A stretch of 63,913 nucleotides of DNA, filler included, from Octopus bimaculoides (lineage: Eukaryota): NCBI RefSeq assembly GCF_001194135.2. It is 6 parts of 6 records of this genome, joined end to end, with 100 filler letters (N's around TTAATTAATTAA, not from the genome) between each part and the next. Parts side by side here need not be neighbours in the genome. Positions count along the whole stretch, not along the records: positions 1 to 15,592 come from NC_068985.1; 5 more parts are not named here. One strand, 5' to 3'. A model generated the notes under the pieces. The model worked only from the letters and a program-made list of their open reading frames with translations. It ran no database searches and was not told the DNA's origin. A program made the position numbers and the translations under genes. How positions within the stretch are numbered: the stretch's first letter is position 1; every line of letters begins with the position of its first letter. Of this stretch, positions 1-10,122 are shown piece after piece.

Positions 1-362
1 GTCCACTGCATCTCACATAAGAACGAGATACTGCAGCAGCCTCGGTTTCAGAGGACCTCAGCTCTTCAATGCCCTGCCAAAACATTTGAGAGACATGCAA
101 GACATGGATGCAGAGGTCTTCAAGACAAAACTTGACGCTTTCCTCTCCAAGATACCAGACGAACCAATGGCTCGTAATGAGACTCAGTTTAGGGCAGCTG
201 TGTCAAATTCTCTTATACACCAGATGTGCCATCAAAACTCTTGATTGGACCATGTCAGGTGGGGGAGAAGAGCCATGCAAGGAACGTGAAAATCACGGTG
301 GTGCACCAGCATGACCGCAGCCACTTGGCTGAAACACATAAATAAATAAATAAATAAATAAA
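1..362 (+). mobile_element. 3' end of CR1/L2-group non-LTR retrotransposon (ORF2 C-terminus, 3' UTR, (TAAA)n tail)
   Basis: Frame +2 (2-244) reads STASHIRTRYCSSLGFRGPQLFNALPKHLRD...FKTKLDAFLSKIPDEP...RAAVSNSLIHQ*, matching the GP.LFN.LP / FK..LD.FL..IPD.P C-terminal motif of CR1-group ORF2. It is followed by a stem-loop tail and (TAAA)n. Confidence 0.8.
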
Positions 363-737
363 TACATACATACATACATATATACTTGCACACATATATG
401 TATTGATATTATAATAAAACAGTTTACAAACCAGTCATTTATTAAATATAATGTTAGTAGATTTCACTTTACCATAAAAATAAAATTCCACATTTATTAT
501 ATATATAAAATTTAAATATGTTTTTTTTAACTACTTTTCCTGTAGAAAACCAAATCTAGTTACTATTCATAACTATTGCCATCTGATATAGTAATCCAAA
601 GGAAACCTTTACAGGATCCAATTTATATATGCACATTATAATAAATTTATTTATTACTACAGATTACAATAAAGGCTAGAACATATTTCTATTTCTAAGT
701 AGATATGTCGACACTATATGCAGCCATATCGCTTAGT

Positions 738-805
<68 letters not shown>

Positions 806-854
806 GACTTTTATATGTGTACACTTGTGAACATTATTATTATACTCTGAGTGA

Positions 855-1200
855 AGGCACATGGCTCAGTGGTTAGAGCATCAGGCTCACAAACATGAGG
901 TTGGGAGTTTGATTCCCAGACTGGTATGTGTGTTGTGTTCTTGAGCAAGACAATTTGTTTCACATTGCTCCAGTTCACTCAGCTGTAGAAATGAGTTGCA
1001 ACGTCACTGGTGCCAAACTGTATCGGCCCCTTTGCCTTTTTCTTGGATAACATTGGTGGCGTGGAGAGGGGAGACCGGTATGCATGGGTGACTGCTGGCC
1101 CTCCATAAACTACTTTGCCTAGACTTGTGCCTCAGAGAGGAACTTTCGAAGTGCAAGCCCATGGTCATTCATTACTGAAAGGGGTCTTTACTCTACTCTA
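855..1200 (+). mobile_element. tRNA-derived SINE, CORE-like body, tail type W
   Basis: A-box TGGCTCAGTGG, B-box-like GTTTGATTCC, then GTGTTCTTGAGCAAGAC...TTGCTCCAGTTCACTCAGCTGTAGAAATG (CORE-like) and a distinct tail. Confidence 0.75.
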
Positions 1201-1330
1201 TCTATGTGTAACATGCAAAATATCTAAAAGCCTACCTTTTACATGTAGCTATAATACAAAAGAATCTGTTTCAAAATATAAATTTAGAATAGAGTGTTGT
1301 AACAAAATATTTTATTGCATAACATTTTCA

Positions 1331-1530
1331 CCATCATCATCATCATTACTCTAACACCCACTTTTCCATGCTTGCATGGGTCAGACTGAGTCTAATAAGG
1401 CAAATTTTCTACAGCTGGATGCCCTTCCTATCGCCAACCCATACCTATTTCAAGTAAGGTGATATTTCCCCCTGTCTAGGCATGTTTTTGCAGAATATTG
1501 GAAATCAAAGCTATTCACTTACAGCAGCCA
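1331..1530 (-). mobile_element. RTE-type 3' tail fragment
   Basis: Reverse strand GGAAGGGCATCCAGCTGTAGAA...CCATGCAAGCATGGAAA...(GAT)n, the same tail as 36434-36599. Confidence 0.7.
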
Positions 1531-1603
1531 CACAATGACAAGACAAGAAGACTCAAGCATGCACAGCACACACTCACACTCACACACATAGATACATACA
1601 TAC

Positions 1604-1638
<35 letters not shown>

Positions 1639-2561
1639 TATTTATGGTTGGACATTGTAAATACATGTATATATATATATGCATACATGTTTGTATTCTA
1701 ATTTGTTAAATCATGGACTGAATAATTTTTAATGAAGATATACAAAAAAGGGCGGGGGGATAATTAACAAAATATTAAAAATGATCATCTAGTAATTTAG
1801 TATTAGTAGANNNNNNNNNNNNNNNNNNNNNNNNNNNNNNNNNNNNNNNNNNNNNNNNNNNNNNNNNNNNNNNNNNNNNNNNNNNNNNNNNNNNNNNNNN
1901 NNNNNNNNNNNNNNNNNNNNNNNNNNNNNNNNNNNNNNNNNNNNNNNNNNNNNNNNNNNNNNNNNNNNNNNNNNNNNNNNNNNNNNNNNNNNNNNNNNNN
2001 NNNNNNNNNNNNNNNNNNNNNNNNNNNNNNNNNNNNNNNNNNNNNNNNNNNNNNNNNNNNNNNNNNNNNNNNNNNNNNNNNNNNNNNNNNNNNNNNNNNN
2101 NNNNNNNNNNNNNNNNNNNNNNNNNNNNNNNNNNNNNNNNNNNNNNNNNNNNNNNNNNNNNNNNNNNNNNNNNNNNNNNNNNNNNNNNNNNNNNNNNNNN
2201 NNNNNNNNNNNNNNNNNNNNNNNNNNNNNNNNNNNNNNNNNNNNNNNNNNNNNNNNNNNNNNNNNNNNNNNNNNNNNNNNNNNNNNNNNNNNNNNNNNNN
2301 NNNNNNNNNNNNNNNNNNNNNNNNNNNNNNNNNNNNNNNNNNNNNNNNNNNNNNNNNNNNNNNNNNNNNNNNNNNNNNNNNNNNNNNNNNNNNNNNNNNN
2401 NNNNNNNNNNNNNACCTATAAACAACAAAATAAAATCATTAATTATTCAAAGGAAATTATGAATATACCATTATAATTGCCAATCTGCAATCACTCAAAT
2501 TCCTTGATCCCAACCTGTCTGAGATCCCCTTCCCCTGATTCTGTGATATAAAATTCATGTT

Positions 2562-2789
2562 TTAACCTTTTAGCATTCAGATTACTGTGTTGAATGTAAA
2601 GATTATTTATCCACATTGTTTTGAATTAATCCTGTATTATCTCATAGCTTTGAGATTTTGATGATATGATTGTATTGACTTAGAATGACATTGTAGGATA
2701 GGTGTGAGAGGCCATATCTGGCCAGTTTGAACATGAAACAGGTAGAAAATTTGGGCTGGATATGGCCAGTTTAAATGCTTAAGGGTTAA
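2562..2789. mobile_element. piggyBac-like MITE
   Basis: TTAA-CCTTTTAGCATT ... AATGCTTAAGGG-TTAA: short TIRs bounded by TTAA. A related fragment lies at about 45790-45865. Confidence 0.65.
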
Positions 2790-2794
2790 AGTGA

Positions 2795-2950
2795 TGTAAA
2801 TCAAAATCTTCCATCAAAATTTCATTTTAATTTATGTTCCAAACATTAGCTTAGTAATGACAAAGTTATTTAACCAAATTATTCATTATTTTAAACAGTA
2901 ATTGAAATTAAGGTAGTGTTTTCCAACAGAAATTTGATAAAAAGGGTTAA
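2795..2950. mobile_element. partial second TTAA-type MITE
   Basis: Ends AAAGGGTTAA and resembles, in inverse orientation, 7733-7963 and 45640-45780. Confidence 0.5.
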
Positions 2951-5534
2951 CATTCATTTTGACATGCTTGCACCAGTGAGCTGATACACCTCAATAAAAC
3001 AAATCCCTTGCTAAGATGAATAGTGAAGTCAATATAATCAAGAAACTCCCTCGAAAGTAGTGTCCCAGTATAGTTGCAGACTATTGGCTGGAGCCAATAA
3101 AAGAGCATATATGCATACTTGTCTGTATATATGGTCAGAGCATTCTTTCACAAGAGCAGAATTCAGGCATTTAAAAAAAATAATATTCAAAAGACTCTAC
3201 ATAAGAATAAGTAAACATATTGCAATTTTTAATTAATTCATATTTTATACTTACTAAAGTCATTTGACATTTTGTACTATTTCTGGTATGAATGAGAGTG
3301 CACATATTTTGGTGCACATGTGTATAAAAAAGGGGGAAGATGGAGATAGTTGATAGGATTCTAAAAGAAACTGCAAGGGAATATGTGTATGCTTGTATAA
3401 ATGAAATATGAGTTGCTTAATGGTATGTAATAATATTAATATGAATTGTTCTAGTGGGGGGAAAACACAAGCCTTACTGCTCATTATAGAAAAGTGAGAG
3501 AGAAGCTCATAAATTATATTGTTTTTATATCTTCAGTGTAGGAAGGTAAGATATTAAAAGAAAACAGGGAATCCAAAAGGGTGTCAGTGTTATGAGAAGA
3601 AAGCTGTGATTATGTAAGAGAATTAGAAACAGAGATGTGATGTACTAGAAAAACAGATACTATATGAAGCAAGATAATTATAAAGTGTTGTGAATCTTAA
3701 TGTGGGTTTATATCTAGGTCTTCCATCATTTTTCATCCAGAACTCATTTCTATTTATATAGGATGTCAGATTTGTCTTTTTTTAGTGTTAATGAAATAGT
3801 TTTATGCTTTATTTCATACAAATTCTCAAGTAGCTATTATAGTATGGGTACTGTAGTATGGTGGTAAGTTCTTTGCAAAATGTGGTCACTATCCAGTTTT
3901 CTTTTCCTATTGAAGTCATTTCATTTTGGTCACAAATGTTTTGGAGTAAAACATGGGTATCACATATGTTATTCTTGTACCAATAAAAATCTCTGAAGTT
4001 TATCACTCCAGGAGGTTTTTAACCCAATGTATTTATATATAATTGAATTTACTTTGAGACATATTATTAATAAAAACATATTTACAATTGTTGTACCTTT
4101 TTTCTGGTGTCTCTTACATTTTCCTTTTTTTCTTTTGTTTCAGGTAAGGTTTCAGTTCGTCTGTCAGACATTTTCAAAATGAGCATTTCCCTGAATTACA
4201 GATAAGTAAACGATGCTGTTTAACCTTACAGACAAAATGTTTCTTTTGTTTAATTGCTTTATAAAATTAGACAAGAATAGAGAGAAACTCGAAGCTTTCA
4301 GAATTAAGAAAGCTACAGCTGTGTTGTTGTGGCTACAAAATGATCTTGAGTATAATTTGATGTTAAAAATGCTTTGGTGACTGAGAATAATTGTAATTGT
4401 AAGGATGATGTTTGATGTGAAGACAACTGCTAAGGTGTAATGTCATCAAGTTATAAAAGCTAAATAAAAAGTGATGCAAAAACTAAAATATAGAAATGAA
4501 AAAAACTCTACATACTGAAATTATGTCATAACTAAAATGAAGACCTGACAACGATGATAGTAATAATGATGTCAACCATAATTATGATGAGAATACTGCT
4601 GCAGGCCACCAGCAATGATAATATCAAATAAGAGTAATTGTTATAGTGAAACTCTAATTACAATAAAAGTGAAAGTTATTATTAAAGTGCTGAAGACCTT
4701 AGATACAAAAACAGAAAGAAAATGAATAAGACATTTACCATTAAAATTATTTCTTTCGTTTTACCTCGGGTCTCTCTATTATATTGTATCATGTTTTTGT
4801 TCTACTTTAACTTTTGATACCAGGTATATTATTCAGTGAATAATTTAATGTATGAAATGTATAACAATATATGATTGATATCCTTTATTGCTATGCTATG
4901 TTTTGTTTCAAGCTACTGTCAGTCTCGCTTTATTTAAAAAACAACTGAATTATATGCTATATTTTAGGTAAGGAAGTACTCTGATAATTGTTATGGCTAG
5001 CACAGTAATTTTTAATTATTTAGACTATAGTTATATTGAAGAGAGATAAACATTTTTGAACAATGTTTAACAGAATTGAACAAAGAAAGGGTAACAAAAT
5101 CAAAAGCATAAAAGACATAACTCCCACTTCTTCATTCCATGAGTCAATGTCCCAATTAATTAAAACTAAAGGGAACACCACAATCACCACTCCAAGTGGT
5201 TTCTCCTAGTTTGTATATGATTCATATTACCAGCCATTACCTGGATACTTTCTCTGTGTCCAGAGATCAGCTTGTCAAGACCCTTAATTCCCTCTCAGTT
5301 GCATTGCATGCATATTATCAGTCAGTCTCTTGTTTTCAATCCACCATTTGATATCAGCAGCCCACAAATATCTTTGATATTTTCTTGCTCTTTTCCATGC
5401 TTCACTTCCTGTCAGGATGATCCCAGGAAATTATTTGTAGCACATTATATGTTACCTTTTACTTTTTTCAGTTCTTAGACTGTGGCCATCCTGGGGCATT
5501 GCCTTGAAGAATTTTTTTTACAATATATATATCA

Positions 5535-5826
5535 AGGGTGCATGGTTTAGTGACTAAGATGTTGCACTCACAATCTAGCAATCATGATTTCAATTCCTAG
5601 GCCGGGTGTTGCTTCATGTTCTTGAACAAAACACTTCAGCTCACATTGCTCTGCAATCACTTCGACACCTGACGTGTAGTACACCATGAGCCTGTTTAGG
5701 CAACATCGAGTTGATGGCGAGAGTGAGCTAATGTGTAGCATGAACATTTGATCACTGTAGGCAAATCATCTGTGTAGGTCATTTGGCAAAAATTGAATGC
5801 TCATACACTATCTTTGACAGGAGAGT

Positions 5827-5873
<47 letters not shown>

Positions 5874-5985
5874 GGAGATGTATATGTATATGTGTAGATG
5901 TACTTGCATAGCAAGTGACTTGATCTGAGATCATGTATTGCAGCATGCAAGATGTTTATAAGCCAGGAATTTTTCAGCAGCCCTC

Positions 5986-5990
<5 letters not shown>
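5535..5990 (+). mobile_element. degenerate tRNA-derived CORE-like SINE, tail type V, internal (TA)n
   Basis: Degraded A/B boxes and GTTCTTGAACAAAACACTT...CACATTGCTC core. Confidence 0.55.
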
Positions 5991-6036
<46 letters not shown>

Positions 6037-6081
6037 TGTATATATATGCGCATGTGTACACACAAAAGAAGATATATAATA

Positions 6082-6141
<60 letters not shown>

Positions 6142-6431
6142 NNNNNNNNNNNNNNNNNNNNNNNNNNNNNNNNNNNNNNNNNNNNNNNNNNNNNNNNNNN
6201 NNNNNNNNNNNNNNNNNNNNNNNNNNNNNNNNNNNNNNNNNNNNNNNNNNNNNNNNNNNNNNNNNNNNNNNNNNNNNNNNNNNNNNNNNNNNNNNNNNNN
6301 NNNNNNNNNNNNNNNNNNNNNNNNNNNNNNNNNNNNNNNNNNNNNNNNNNNNNNNNNNNNNNNNNNNNNNNNNNNNNNNNNNNNNNNNNNNNNNNNNNNN
6401 NNNNNNNNNNNNNNNNNNNNNNNNNNNNNNN

Positions 6432-6481
6432 CCATGCTAGCATGGAAAGCGGACGTTAAACGATGATGATGATGATGATGA
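6432..6481 (+). mobile_element. RTE-type 3' terminus
   Basis: CCATGCTAGCATGGAAAGCGGACGTTAAAC(GAT)n next to a gap. Confidence 0.75.
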
Positions 6482-7509
6482 TATATAGGAATAGATTATC
6501 TAAACTTTTAAGAAAACCTCAAAACTTATAAAATATTGAAATATGAAAGAAGAACAAAAGAATTAGTGAAATAACTTTCACATGTTTGTAAGAAAAATTG
6601 AAACAAATAATGGAATAATTTTTAAGTATTACAAGAAGAAAAATCAAAAGTTATAAAATCATGAGCTGAGAAAGTACTTTTATTTGTGCTATATGTGAAT
6701 ACATTCCCCTCGTTTCTTTACAATTATAATTATTATAACAATATTGCCATCACAGTAAAAGTCATTGTAAGTTAGACTGGCAAGCAGAAGTGACAAAGAG
6801 GTGAATGTAAATTGGAAAATGACAACAGGTAAAAGAAAAATGAAAGAATGAAGAGAGATAATGATTACAGTGAGAATAGGCTGTGCATTTTGAACAAAGA
6901 TGATGTTGAAAATGAAAATGAAAGCTACATTTTTATTAAACTTTATCGAGATTGAAACTTTGAAAATTTTACCATCATTTTACATTGATCTAAGAGAGTT
7001 GTTGAGTTTTGATTATATATGTGTGCATGTGAGTGTGTATTATATTATAAATAAGTAATGCAATGAAGAGAAGGACACAGGTTGTTTTCAAGTTGGGGTT
7101 GTGGTCCTTAACCATTTTTTACTTATGAACCCCTTTGTTTACAATTCTATTGTGATTGACACCCATAGCCATTTGATGTTTAAAAACACTAGTTGCTTCT
7201 TTCAAAATTCCTATTTTATTTTTCACACATTCACTTGTGTAGGTTAAACCATGTAAGACATCAGAGAAGAAATTTAGCTGTTTTTTGCAATAAATATATC
7301 TAAAGCAAATTTTTTTCATGGACCCTTAAAATACTACTGTGGCTCCCCAATTTACTATTTTGTTTGCATGGACCCCTAAAAATCTAATGTGGACCTCCCT
7401 GGGTCATACTGAAAACCTCTGAGTTAGAGGAAGGTTCATGGTTATAATCTTATAAAATGATTTGGGTGAGCTAGATTTTATGAAATTTGTTTTTGTAGCA
7501 ATAAATGCC

Positions 7510-7556
7510 ATTAACCTTACTGCCATTAACCCTTACTGCCATTAACCCTTACTGCA
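7510..7556. repeat. 16-17 bp tandem repeat x3
   Basis: (TGCCATTAACC(C)TTAC) three times. Confidence 0.85.
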
Positions 7557-7732
7557 TGTATACCAGTTCTTTGCATATGCACTGGATACATTGAAAAAAT
7601 GAGTTAACTGATTTTTGACAATGGGATACTTATTGGAATACTTCACATTTTAGATGGAGTAGATATTTTATTTTTAGAAAGAGGTTGCAAGAAGTGATTT
7701 GCATATGATTAGCATGTTACATCACACAACAG

Positions 7733-7963
7733 TTCAACCTTTTTGTTACCATATTTCTGTTGAGATGCTCTGTGCTTCTTTCGATTAATTTTAAATATAA
7801 CAAAGAATTTGGTAAAATAACTTCGTTATTATTGAGCTAGTGTTAGGAACATAAATTGTGTCTAAGGTTTGGTGGAAGATTTTAATTCAGCACTTTTGAA
7901 AACAAGACATTTTTACTACAGAGCCAGAGGTGGTTTCAGGCGGATTTGTATCAAAAGGGTTAA
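7733..7963. mobile_element. piggyBac-like (TTAA) MITE
   Basis: TTCAACCTTTTTG ... CAAAAGGGTTAA inverted ends. Confidence 0.55.
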
Positions 7964-8399
7964 TCAGCTCAATGTGGGTTAAAATACAAATCAGCAAAGC
8001 TAAGAAGGAAGTGACACAGCAATTAACTTAGTTAATTTTTCATGATCTAAAAGTAACCGATATTGGTTTTTAAAAATCTGCAGTTTTGTGTAACTACATG
8101 CAATAATGTTGACAGGTATATCCAAGAAAGGCACTTGATCTTGAAGTAGAAAGTTCTACGTTATAATTACTGTTCTTTACATCTTGCTTCATTTGAATTT
8201 CAACTAATTAAAACATTTAAAATTTTTATATAAATAGCAGTGTTAAGGTGATGTTGAAGCAGTCAAAAACAAAAAATTATGGAGCTGAATTGTTTAATCA
8301 AAACATTCAAATAGCCTGCGTTTTTTTGTTTTTTCAAATTGTGTAAAATATTTTTTTAATATAAAAATGTATAACAGAATTATAAATATATGCTCAGCA

Positions 8400-8600
8400 T
8401 CAGGCTGTGTAGTTAAGAAGCTTGCTTTTCAAACACATAGTTACAAGTTCAATCCCACTGTGTTTTATCCCACTTGGATAAGTGTCTTCTACTATAACAT
8501 CAACCCAACCAGTACCTTGTGAATGAATTTGGTAGACAGAAAATGTGCAGAAGCCCACTGTATACATACATATATGTGTGTGTGTGTGTGTATTTATATA
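8400..8600 (+). mobile_element. SINE family A, 5' half (degenerate)
   Basis: GGCTGTGTAGTTAAGAAGCTTGCTT...GGATAAGTGTCTTCTACTATA...GAATTTGGTAGACAGAAA then (TA/TG)n. Confidence 0.75.
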
Positions 8601-9125
8601 TATTAGGCAGAGTAAAAAGTAAGCAACGTTTTGAAACAAGAAATTCATCACAATATATTTCAACACTGCTGAAATTTTATTCATCAAAATAAGTACCATT
8701 ACAATCGGCACATTTTTTCCAACGAGTTACAAGTTTGTTTATTCTGGTAACCTAAAAATCTGGAGTTCTGGAGCTGATGAACTCTCTGAATGCATTTTCA
8801 GCATCGGTTTGATATTTGAACTCGCCTCGCAGGAAACCATCAAGGTACTTGAAAAAGTGATAGTCAGTAGGAGAAAGGTCTGGGGAATAAGCTGGGTGGG
8901 GAAGAACTTCGTAGCTAAGTTCTCTCAACTTCTGGAGCATCATTAGTGAAATGTGTGGTTGAGCATTGTCATGAAGAATTATTGGCCCTCTCCTGTTGAC
9001 CAGTCTGGGACAGAGGAGTAGCAGTTTTCTGTTCATTTTGACAATTTCATGGCACTATGTTTCTGCAGTAATGGTTTTTCCAGGTTTTAAGAAGTTATAG
9101 TAGATGAGTCCAGCAGTACACCACT
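8601..9125 (-). mobile_element. mariner (Tc1/mariner, DD34D) transposase C-terminal remnant with right TIR
   Basis: LHDNAQPH...HPAYSPDLSPTDYHFF (ORF 8752-9036), continued by INKLVTRWKKC..CNGTYFDE*; upstream AGLIYYNFLKPGKTITAE; TIR-like end at TA (8601); internal stops. Confidence 0.92.
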
Positions 9126-9555
9126 ATTTACATGACACCAGTATCTGCCACAGCTGTGGTTTTGCTCAACTTAATGGGTCTTCTTCTCAGTACAACATAA
9201 TGTGAAAGGTCTCAGTCATTGCCTCCATGAGGCTGAACACTTGAAAGGAGCTTAGCCACTTTGCCTCCGTGAGGCCTACTGTTTGAAAGGTGCTTTTTAC
9301 ATACCACCAGCATGGGTGCCAGTAATGTGACACCAGTATCAACCATGACTATGATTTCACTTGGCTTGACGGTTCCTCTCATGCATAGCACATCACCAAA
9401 GGTCTCAGTCACCAATCATTGCCCCCATGAGGCCCAAAGTTCAAAGATCATACTTCACCACCTTATCCCACGTCTTCCTGGGTCTACCTCTACCACAGGT
9501 TACCTCCACAGTTAGAGATTCGCACTTCTTTACACAGCTGTCCTCGTCCATATGA
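9126..9555 (-). mobile_element. RTE-clade LINE 3' end (ORF2 C-terminus + UTR)
   Basis: MDEDSCVKKCESLTVEVTCGRGRPRKTWDKVVKYDL..LGL....D.DLW....E..RQAK*, the RTE GRPRKTW motif. Confidence 0.85.
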
Positions 9556-9557
9556 TC

Positions 9558-9559
<2 letters not shown>

Positions 9560-9589
<30 letters not shown>

Positions 9590-9860
9590 TTCTTTGTGGT
9601 TTGTTTACCTCCCCCACACACACACACACGTACACACACCACATGACCTCCTGAAAACTAGTTTTGCTTTATTTTGTTAAGTTACCAGAACATAGAAAAA
9701 AGTCCTGTTAACTAAGGGGTTTGGTGAAGAAATCAATACAATAAGTACCAGATTTAATAAATAAGTTCTGGGGTCGATTTGTTTGTCTAAACCCGTTCAA
9801 CGCAGTGCTCCAGTATGGCTGCAATCCAATGACTGAAACAATTAGAAATTAAAAGATAGA
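9560..9860 (+). mobile_element. SINE family A, 3' half (degenerate)
   Basis: ATAAGTACC...AATAAGTTCTGGGGTCGATTTG...GTGCTCCAGTATGGCTGCAATCCAATGACTGAAAC tail. Confidence 0.7.
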
Positions 9861-10089
9861 TATAAAAAATTCTATTTAAATGCATATGATATATATTCCA
9901 CCAACCAATCACAGTTTACCCACCACTAAAAGCAAAACAAAGTCCACATTTGGTCAAAAAGTTTTTGTCAGTGATAATGAGAGCTTTGTGACTAAAATGT
10001 AATAAAAACTGTGAAAATATATTTACTTAATTAATTTTGTAGATAAATCTTACTTTGCATCAGAAGACAATAGATCTTTTGTAACATTC

Positions 10090-10122
<33 letters not shown>

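Noticed and set aside
855-935. tRNA genes at A/B-box motifs (many loci)
   Set aside because: All continue into SINE bodies and lack a complete cloverleaf or a T-run terminator.
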